From assembly GCA_031416315.1 (NCBI GenBank), contig JANOTL010000097.1, positions 1 through 19,706 on the forward strand: a DNA stretch of 19,706 bases, in the 5' to 3' direction. Shown here piece after piece: positions 7,669 through 14,568 of this stretch. A program made the translations under genes and the position numbers. The notes under the pieces were generated by a model. That model made no database searches, was not told the DNA's origin, and saw only the letters and a program-made list of their open reading frames with translations. Position 1 is the first letter of the stretch; each line of letters starts with the position of its first letter. This DNA comes from Pseudomonadota bacterium (GTDB lineage: Bacteria; Bdellovibrionota_B; Oligoflexia; Oligoflexales; CAIYRB01).

Positions 7669-8504
7669 TGCTCGGCGAGGCCGAAGCGCCGCTGAAGCCG
7701 CGCCTTTACTGCGGGCGCGACTTGGTCGAGGGGGAGCTGCATCCTCTGGGCCTCGGCCTCGCGGCGATCTTCACGGCGCGCTGCCCATTGGCGGCTGGCG
7801 TGAACGAGGACGCCTGCGCGCTCATTCCTTATGACGAGGAATCGGGCGTGATCGTCGTCGCCGACGGCTGCGGCGGGCTCCCGGGCGGAGAGAGGGCCTC
7901 GGAGATCGCGGTCAGCGCCATCCGAGCGACGGTCCGGGCGGCGGCGAAGGCCGGAACCGAGCTGCGCGGCGCGGTGCTCGACGGGATCGAGCGGGCCAAC
8001 CAGCAGGTGTCGGCGCTCGGCATCGGCGCGGGGACGACGCTCGCGATCGCCGAGCTCTCGAAGAATCGCGTACGCACGTATCACGTCGGCGACTCGCAGA
8101 TCATGATCGTCGGGCAGATGGGCAAAGTGAAGTTGACGACGATGTCTCATTCGCCCGTCGGCTACGCGCTGGAGTCTGGGCTCATCGGCGAAAAAGAAGC
8201 GATGATGCACGCCGAGCGGCACCTCGTTTCGAACCTCATCGGCATGCCGACGATGCGCATCGAGGTCGGTCCGTCGATCGAGCTGTCGCCGAAAGACACG
8301 GTGATCGTGGCGAGCGACGGCTTGTTCGACAACATGAGCATGAGCGAGATCGCAGACACGTGCCGCAAAGGCCAGCTCCTGGCGATCGCGGGCGACCTGC
8401 GCGAGATCGTACACGGGCGGATGCTCGAAGAGCGCGCAGGGATCCTAGGGAAGCCGGATGATCTGACGTTTGTGGCGTATCGGCGGCGGATCACGGTCGG
8501 CTAG
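7668..8504 (+). CDS. PP2C/PPM-family Ser/Thr protein phosphatase, about 278 aa
   Basis: Motifs NED, VVADGCGG, GTT, HVGDS, VASDGLFD and KPDDLT. Start is ATG 7668 (or GTG 7665), overlapping the upstream stop. Confidence 0.93.
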   Translation: MLGEAEAPLKPRLYCGRDLVEGELHPLGLGLAAIFTARCPLAAGVNEDACALIPYDEESGVIVVADGCGGLPGGERASEIAVSAIRATVRAAAKAGTELRGAVLDGIERANQQVSALGIGAGTTLAIAELSKNRVRTYHVGDSQIMIVGQMGKVKLTTMSHSPVGYALESGLIGEKEAMMHAERHLVSNLIGMPTMRIEVGPSIELSPKDTVIVASDGLFDNMSMSEIADTCRKGQLLAIAGDLREIVHGRMLEERAGILGKPDDLTFVAYRRRITVG

Positions 8505-8535
8505 CGCCGGCGGACGTCAGAGGCCCCAGTAGACC

Positions 8536-9540
8536 TCAGAGGTTGCAGATGACTTGCGATCCGGCCGGGCACGGTGCCTCGGCGAGCGAGGTGACGCCGT
8601 CGTCCCAGAGGTAGCCGCCAGCCTTCACGAACTTGAAGTGCTCAAGCAGGAAGACCTTGGCCTCGTCGAACTTCGCGACGTCCACGAAGTCGCAGGCCGT
8701 TCCGGTTTGGGCGTCGGTGAGGGTGATGTAGCCGAACTTGCCGCCCGGCCGCGACAGGAGCACTTTGACCTGCTCGTACGCGGGCGGAGCGGAGGTCGGG
8801 CCCGAGCTGACGAATGCGCCGCCGTCGCCGGACTCACAGCCGTCTTTGCCTTCGAGCGCGTCGGTCTTGGCGTTCGGACGCGCTCCCATCGCTTTCAGAA
8901 ACCTGGCGATGGCAGCGGCGCGCGAGCGGATGTAAGGCTCCCACGCCGGATCCGTGAGCTTTTGCGACATCTCGGCGTACGGCTTGCCGCCGACCGTCTT
9001 CGGATAGAGCGTGAGGTTGGGGTCGATCGTGGCGTATCGGCTGATGGCGACGCCACGGACGCGAAACTTATCGTTGTCGGCGAAGTAAAAGAAGGAGTCT
9101 TCGCCGTCGTTCGTGGTGCGGCGGCGGACGACAATGATGCCGACGCCGCTGATTTCGTCGAACGGCGCGTCCGGAGCGGAGAGGACGGAGAGCGCGGTGC
9201 CGAGCTCGCTCTGCGGCTCGGCGCCGATGGCGGGGCCTTCGCTGTCGCCGCCCTCGGAGATCGTGTCGGGAGAGCCGGTGGTCGCGCCGGAGGTCGCGCC
9301 GGACGTCGCTGCGCCCGCGGTCCCCGTGACGCCGCCGGAGCCGGTCGCGCCGGTAGACTTGGTCTTCTTGGCCTTCTCGTCCTCGCTCTCGTCATCTTCC
9401 GGGGTGCCGTCGTCCTTCGCCGTGCTCTTGCCGCCCGCTTGGGTCGATTCGGCCTTTGATCCGGCCCCCTCGAAGCTGGCGCCGTCGCAGCCGACCGTCG
9501 CGAGACCGAGAATGATGAAACTCGTGAGCAGCCGACGCAT
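8536..9540 (-). CDS. Hypothetical lipoprotein with a low-complexity G/A/T/S/E linker, 334 aa
   Basis: ATG at 9540 with a GGAGGA RBS. MRRLLTSFIILGLATVG|C lipobox-like signal, then a roughly 100-aa disordered linker (GATSGATSGATTG-like) and a globular part with four further Cys. Confidence 0.85.
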   Translation of the reverse strand: MRRLLTSFIILGLATVGCDGASFEGAGSKAESTQAGGKSTAKDDGTPEDDESEDEKAKKTKSTGATGSGGVTGTAGAATSGATSGATTGSPDTISEGGDSEGPAIGAEPQSELGTALSVLSAPDAPFDEISGVGIIVVRRRTTNDGEDSFFYFADNDKFRVRGVAISRYATIDPNLTLYPKTVGGKPYAEMSQKLTDPAWEPYIRSRAAAIARFLKAMGARPNAKTDALEGKDGCESGDGGAFVSSGPTSAPPAYEQVKVLLSRPGGKFGYITLTDAQTGTACDFVDVAKFDEAKVFLLEHFKFVKAGGYLWDDGVTSLAEAPCPAGSQVICNL

Positions 9541-9673
9541 GGAGTCCTCCCGTGACTGGAACAAAGGTCTTTTCGGTCGATTGCCGGGACGCCATGACGC
9601 CTTCTGGCTTTAATCTCGACCGACTAGAATGTGGACACCCGAGTGGTTATGGTTAGTTATCCCCCGATCGCAG

Positions 9674-9689
9674 TGGCGCGGTTCGTGCT
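9674..9689 (+). promoter_or_regulatory. Putative sigma54 (-24/-12) promoter
   Basis: TGGCGCGGTTCGTGCT has exact GG-N10-GC spacing versus consensus TGGCACG-N4-TTGCW. It lies 35 nt before ATG 9725. Confidence 0.55.
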
Positions 9690-9724
9690 TCGTCCTAAGG
9701 CAGACCTACACCCTGGAGGAAATC

Positions 9725-9907
9725 ATGGAGCATCTGACTTTCTGGGCCCCGCTCGTCCTGACCGTCTTCGTGTGCACTTTCTTCTGCATCGCCGCGCTCG
9801 ATTGGAGCGACCTCGGCGAAGACAAGGGACTGCCGGCAGACGGCGGCGCGAGCCGGCTCGAGGCAATGACCGAGAACTGGATCTATTGGACGACGCGCTC
9901 GAGGTAG
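9725..9907 (+). CDS. Small single-TM hypothetical protein, 60 aa
   Basis: GGAGGA RBS at 9715-9720 and ATG at 9725. Hydrophobic segment [20 protein letters not shown] with G/C-ending codons. Its 3' end overlaps the convergent threonine aldolase gene by 25 bp. Confidence 0.7.
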   Translation: MEHLTFWAPLVLTVFVCTFFCIAALDWSDLGEDKGLPADGGASRLEAMTENWIYWTTRSR

Positions 9908-10923
9908 TTCGCGACGACGTCAGCCACCCGCTCGAATTGCTGCTTGGAGACGTCGAGATGCGCGACGGCACGAATCCAGCCCCCGCCCATGCCGCCGAGG
10001 CGCACGCCATCCCCCTTCAGGGCCGCGAGATGCGCGTCGACGGCGCCGTGCCGCAGGCGGAAGTAGACCATGTTCGTGCCCGGCTCGGGGTATTGCACTT
10101 CCAAAGGCGAGCCGGCTGCCGAAAGCGAGCGCAAACGGCGCGCGAGCATCGCGGCGTTTTCGTGGTCCTCTGCGAGGCGCGCGCGATGATGCTCGACGGC
10201 ATGCAGCGCCGCTGCGGCAAGATAGCCAGCTTGCCGCGTGCCGCCGCCCCAACGCTTGCGGAGCTTGCGCGCGCGCTCGACTTTGGCGCGCGTGCCGGCG
10301 AGGGCGGAGCCAACCGGCGCGCCGAGGCCCTTCGAAAAGCAGACGGCGGCGGAGTCGAAGCCGCCGAGGAGCTCTTTTTCCGTCGTGCGCAAGGCCACGG
10401 CGGCGTTCCAAAGACGCGCGCCGTCGCAGTGCACGGCGAGACCGAGGGACTTGGCCTTGGCGGCGATGCGCCGCATCTCGCCTACGGGGAGGACACGGCC
10501 GGCCCCGACGTTATGAGTATTTTCGACCGCGAGCATCGTCGTCGGCGCCGAGTGCAGATTGTCGGGCTTCACGGCGGCTTCGATCGCGGCGTCGGCGAGG
10601 AGCACAGAGCGCGGCAGAAGATCGAAGCCGACGCCGCTCAAGGCCGGTCCAGCGCCGGCCTCAAAGAGATAAAGATGGGAATCCTGCTCGCAGAGGACGG
10701 TGTCACCGGGGCGCGTGTGCACGGCGACCGCGAGCTGATTGGCCATCGTCCCGGACGACGTGAACAACGCGGCCTCGAAGCCGAGGAGCTCGGCGATGCG
10801 CGCCTCGAGCGCGCGCACCGTCGGGTCCTCGCCGTATACGTCGTCACCGACCTCCGCTTTCGCCATCGCCGCGAGCATGGCTGCGGTCGGCTTGGTGAAG
10901 GTGTCGGAGCGCAGGTCGATCAT
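9883..10923 (-). CDS. ltaE: Low-specificity L-threonine aldolase (PLP-dependent), 346 aa
   Basis: [42 protein letters not shown] and the PLP-lysine motif [12 protein letters not shown]. Confidence 0.95.
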   Translation of the reverse strand: MIDLRSDTFTKPTAAMLAAMAKAEVGDDVYGEDPTVRALEARIAELLGFEAALFTSSGTMANQLAVAVHTRPGDTVLCEQDSHLYLFEAGAGPALSGVGFDLLPRSVLLADAAIEAAVKPDNLHSAPTTMLAVENTHNVGAGRVLPVGEMRRIAAKAKSLGLAVHCDGARLWNAAVALRTTEKELLGGFDSAAVCFSKGLGAPVGSALAGTRAKVERARKLRKRWGGGTRQAGYLAAAALHAVEHHRARLAEDHENAAMLARRLRSLSAAGSPLEVQYPEPGTNMVYFRLRHGAVDAHLAALKGDGVRLGGMGGGWIRAVAHLDVSKQQFERVADVVANYLERVVQ

Positions 10924-11717
10924 CAGTGGAGCTGAGAATCGCGCGGCGGCGGCGGCGGAAACGGGATGATCTTCGCGCTGGGCGGCTCGCCCGATGCCGC
11001 GTCGAGCTCGTCTTTGCTGGGCGGCCGCGGCGGCTGTGAGCCCGGGCCGGCCTCTCCGCGCGGGCGGCGGAGGACCGGCGGCGGCGGCGTCTGGCTAGGG
11101 CCGTAAGAAGCGGTCGATGTCGGTTTCGGCTGCCCGGTACGGGCTTTGGCGGCGCCTTCGCCCGGACTCGGCTTTTGATTCGACTTGACGAACATGGTCG
11201 CGAGCCCGCCGCCGTCGAGCAGCCGGCCGGCGGCGAGGCCGGCGCGCACCAGGTGCGCCGTCTTCGCGTCCAGCTCGGCCAAGCCGCCGAGGCGCTCGAT
11301 CGCCATGCACTTCTTCGCGCGGATGACGACGAGCATGGCGTCGTCGATGTGACCGGCGTGAAGGTAGGCGCGCGCCAGGACGGTGTACAGATCCTCGAGC
11401 ACGCGGCGACGCGTGCGCGAATGCGGGCGGTCTTTGTAATATTCCTCGTTCGAGCCGACGAGGCCTTCCAGCTGCGTGATCGCCGAATCGAAGTTGCCGA
11501 GCCGCCAATCGATCGCGGTGCGCACGGAGCGCGCCATCAAGCCCTGGGGCAAGAGGACCCAAACGTACCAAAAGAGCCGCTCGAGGACGATCGGACCGCG
11601 CAGGACGCCGAGCGGGCCGACGATCAGCGCGTAAAGCGCCAAAAGGACGGCACCGACGAAGTCGAAGGCCATGGCGAAGACGTTGGCACCTCGAAAGCCC
11701 TGAAGCGTGCGCAGCAA
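10923..11717 (-). CDS. Hypothetical membrane-anchored helical (TPR-like) protein with a Pro-rich disordered tail, about 264 aa
   Basis: Start probably TTG 11717 (GGGAG RBS) or ATG 11672. Hydrophobic N-terminal segment(s), a TPR-like [22 protein letters not shown] stretch, and a TGATG overlap with ltaE. Confidence 0.8.
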   Translation of the reverse strand: MLRTLQGFRGANVFAMAFDFVGAVLLALYALIVGPLGVLRGPIVLERLFWYVWVLLPQGLMARSVRTAIDWRLGNFDSAITQLEGLVGSNEEYYKDRPHSRTRRRVLEDLYTVLARAYLHAGHIDDAMLVVIRAKKCMAIERLGGLAELDAKTAHLVRAGLAAGRLLDGGGLATMFVKSNQKPSPGEGAAKARTGQPKPTSTASYGPSQTPPPPVLRRPRGEAGPGSQPPRPPSKDELDAASGEPPSAKIIPFPPPPPRDSQLH

Positions 11718-11761
11718 AAAAGGTCTCCCAAACCCGGCGTTACCGCTTTCCCATATATCAC

Positions 11762-11789
11762 TTGCACCGCCCGGCGAACAGAATAGAGT
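11762..11789 (+). promoter_or_regulatory. Putative sigma70 promoter of the M64 peptidase gene
   Basis: TTGCAC-N16-TAGAGT, 36 nt before ATG 11826. Confidence 0.5.
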
Positions 11790-11825
11790 CGCCGCAAATC
11801 GAGTCTGCCAAATCTTGGGGGTTTC

Positions 11826-13505
11826 ATGCGACGCAGCTTCACTTTCCTGAGCTCGGTCGGGTTCTTGGCCTTGGTCACGACGGCCGCTCACGCAGCGCCG
11901 GTCCACGTGGTCCGCTACGAGGATGACGGCAAGGGTCGCCTGCAAGTGATCGATAAGAAAGAACAAGACCTGAACGGCGTCGACGAGGTCGTCGTCGAGA
12001 CCTCGCACCCGCAATTCATCGCCGAGCACGCGAAGCTAGGGAAGGCGCGCATCGTCACCTTGAAGAGCCAGGACCCGAAGGCGGTCGACGCGCTCCTCGC
12101 GCAGCGCGGCGTTCTGCCGGCGGCGAAGCGCTCGAAGGACGCCAGCGCCGACGAGCTGGTGACCCTAGTTGCCAGCGGTCCTTCGGAGAACCGCATCGAC
12201 CTCGTCTTCATGGGCGACGGCTACACCGCCGCCGAGCGGGAGAAATTCTTCGCCGACATCAACCGCATCGTGCACGACATGTTCGTCGGCAATACGTTCA
12301 ATTCCTATCTGCCGCTCTTCAACGTGCACGCGGTCTTCCGCGCCTCGAACCAATCGGGTATCGGCCGCGGCACGTCGCAGGACACGGCGTACAAGCTCTA
12401 CCGCGAAGGTCAGACGCTGCGCGCGATCTACCCGGGCGACATGGCGTCCCTGCGCGAGTCGTGGGCGGTCGCGCCGGATTGCGACTACCCGATCGTGATC
12501 GCCAACGACCCGCACTACGGCGGCCTCGGCGGCGAGGTGGCGATCTCGACCAGCTCGGAGACGAGCGGGACAGTCGTCCTTCGCCACGAGCTCGGCCACA
12601 ACTTCGGGCAGGTCGGCGAGGAGTACGATGGCGGCGGCTACTTCGGCGCCAACCAGTCGAGCTCGCTCGACGTCAGCTGGGCCCACTGGCTGAGCAATAC
12701 GGAGACTCCGCTCGCCGCGGAGCCCTCCCAGGCGCGCAACGTCTCGTGGCCGTGGCACAACCTATCGCAAGGCGCTTACACCGCTTCCTTCCGCTCCGAC
12801 GGCCGCTGGGCCTCGACCGCGATCCGCTTCAGCGCTTCCGGCATGCCGGACCGGAGGGCGATGAACGTGACGCTCGACGGTCAGCCGATCGACTATGCGG
12901 ATGCCGGCAGCGACGACCGCACTTTTTATGACGTGAATCTCGACCGCGGCTTCACCGACGGGAATCACGCCCTCAAATTCGAAGAAACGGTTCACGACGG
13001 CAACAACTGGGTCTCGTCGATGACGATCCACGAGTACGCCTCGGACTACAACTTCGACCCGGACCACATCGGGGCTTACCCCCTCTTCACGCCTTCGGGT
13101 CAGGTGGACGGCTACCGCTCGAACCACGAGACCTGCCTCATGCGCAACATGCAGTCGCCGGTCTTCTGCAAAGTCTGCCAAGAAAACAACTGGCTCGAAT
13201 TCTTCGGCAAGGTGAAGCTGATCGACGGCGTCGGCGTCGGGCGCGGCACCGATGCCATTTCGGTTCGCCTCGCCACGCAACAGCTCGGCCAATTCCGCCA
13301 GAGCCGCGCCGCGTTCGCGGAGAGCCTCGTCATCAAGTGGTTCAAGGACGGCGAGGAAGTCCCGGCGCTCGCGAACCAGGCGGAGTGGTCCTTACCGACG
13401 CGCGACGCTCAGGGGAGCTGGGAAGCCCGCGTCGAGTTCGTGACGCCCGAAGTGCGGAAAGATACGCGCGGACTCCTGAAGGATCGCCTGACGATCCGGA
13501 TCTGA
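11826..13505 (+). CDS. Secreted M64-family (IgA peptidase-like) zinc metallopeptidase, 559 aa
   Basis: Signal peptide (MRRSFTFLSSVGFLALVTTAAHA|A), SENRIDLVFMGDGYT, zinc motif HELGH...GEEY, and C-terminal CLMR...FCKVC. Confidence 0.92.
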   Translation: MRRSFTFLSSVGFLALVTTAAHAAPVHVVRYEDDGKGRLQVIDKKEQDLNGVDEVVVETSHPQFIAEHAKLGKARIVTLKSQDPKAVDALLAQRGVLPAAKRSKDASADELVTLVASGPSENRIDLVFMGDGYTAAEREKFFADINRIVHDMFVGNTFNSYLPLFNVHAVFRASNQSGIGRGTSQDTAYKLYREGQTLRAIYPGDMASLRESWAVAPDCDYPIVIANDPHYGGLGGEVAISTSSETSGTVVLRHELGHNFGQVGEEYDGGGYFGANQSSSLDVSWAHWLSNTETPLAAEPSQARNVSWPWHNLSQGAYTASFRSDGRWASTAIRFSASGMPDRRAMNVTLDGQPIDYADAGSDDRTFYDVNLDRGFTDGNHALKFEETVHDGNNWVSSMTIHEYASDYNFDPDHIGAYPLFTPSGQVDGYRSNHETCLMRNMQSPVFCKVCQENNWLEFFGKVKLIDGVGVGRGTDAISVRLATQQLGQFRQSRAAFAESLVIKWFKDGEEVPALANQAEWSLPTRDAQGSWEARVEFVTPEVRKDTRGLLKDRLTIRI

Positions 13506-13524
13506 GGACCGAGGCTCGCCGCCG

Positions 13525-14568
13525 TCAATTGGCGGCGAGCTTTCTTTGGTCTTCTCGCCCCATGGCGAGGACGACCGGCGACGAAGCTTGGCGCGCGGTG
13601 AAGTCCGCCTTCGCGCCGAGTCCCCACCATCGGTTCTCGATCGCGATCTGGCCGAGCGCGCCGCCCGAGGTCGCCCCGGGGCCGAGCAAGATCAGCGCAT
13701 CGGGCGCGAACTCTTTCAACGCGACGCCGACCGCCGTGCTGAAGTCATAGGTCGCGTCGACCTGATGGCCGAGCGTGTAGTGCCGAAGCGCGTTCGCGTC
13801 CGTGGAATATGGCTGCCAGATGGTGCCGCGGCCGTCGACGAGCGGGACCGAAGGTGCTTGGAAGAGCTCGGACCCGAGCTCGCGAAAAGCGCGCGCAGAG
13901 GTCTCGGTGAGCATTGGCGTATGGAAAGCAGCGTGATTCACGAGAACGAACGGGTATTTGCCCTCGTCGACCGAGGGTAAGGCCTTCATCAGGAGATCGA
14001 GGGCCTTCTGGTTGCCGCCGATGATGGCGTAGCCACCGAAGCGGATCGACAGATGCGCTTCGCAATCGGGCACGGCGCCGATCTCGATGATGGCGCGCTC
14101 GACCAGCTCACGCTTGTCGGCATTCGGACGCCAATCGTCGCCGACAACGGGATAAATGAGCTGGCCGCCGATGATGCCGCCCGTCATCATCGAGCCCATG
14201 GTGTGGATCAAGGTGAAGGCGTTTTCCGGGGTGAGCGCCTCCGCACAGGCAAGCGCCGTGTACCAGCCCATCGAGTTGCCGGTGACGGCGACGACGTCCC
14301 AGCGCTCGCGATCGATCGCCAGGAAGTCGGCCCAGGAGCACGCATAAATCAAGGTCGAGGCAAACTCGCCCGGAGTGTGGGTCTTCAGCGCGAACTTCTC
14401 CGCGCTGTCGAGCTCCGAGACGGTCGGTTGCCCGAGCGCGGCGAGGCGCGCGTCGATCGGGTCGAGCTCGCCTGCGAAGCGCGGGCGGTACTTTTTGAGG
14501 TAACCGAGCTCGGTTTTCGTGTACGTGCCGCGTCCGGGACAGACGACGACTGCGGTTTTTTTCGTCAT
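13525..14568 (-). CDS. FabD-like (ACP S-acyltransferase fold) protein with an atypical active site, 347 aa
   Basis: VVCPGRGTY (cf. FPGQGSQ), nucleophile elbow GNSMG (cf. GHSLG), AAFHTP catalytic His, and LLGPG. ATG 14568 overlaps the E1 stop (ATGA). Confidence 0.88.
   Translation of the reverse strand: MTKKTAVVVCPGRGTYTKTELGYLKKYRPRFAGELDPIDARLAALGQPTVSELDSAEKFALKTHTPGEFASTLIYACSWADFLAIDRERWDVVAVTGNSMGWYTALACAEALTPENAFTLIHTMGSMMTGGIIGGQLIYPVVGDDWRPNADKRELVERAIIEIGAVPDCEAHLSIRFGGYAIIGGNQKALDLLMKALPSVDEGKYPFVLVNHAAFHTPMLTETSARAFRELGSELFQAPSVPLVDGRGTIWQPYSTDANALRHYTLGHQVDATYDFSTAVGVALKEFAPDALILLGPGATSGGALGQIAIENRWWGLGAKADFTARQASSPVVLAMGREDQRKLAAN

Noticed and set aside
9570..9597. Second sigma28-like promoter before the lipoprotein (TCAT-N16-ACCGAAAA, minus strand)
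   Set aside because: Several mismatches and non-optimal spacing make it too weak to call.
9631..10935. 434-aa plus-strand ORF opposite ltaE
   Set aside because: Antisense shadow with no recognisable motifs.
13525..14568. Calling this gene fabD, or part of a PKS/fatty-acid cluster
   Set aside because: Malonyl-binding residues appear altered, and no ACP or ketosynthase genes are nearby.
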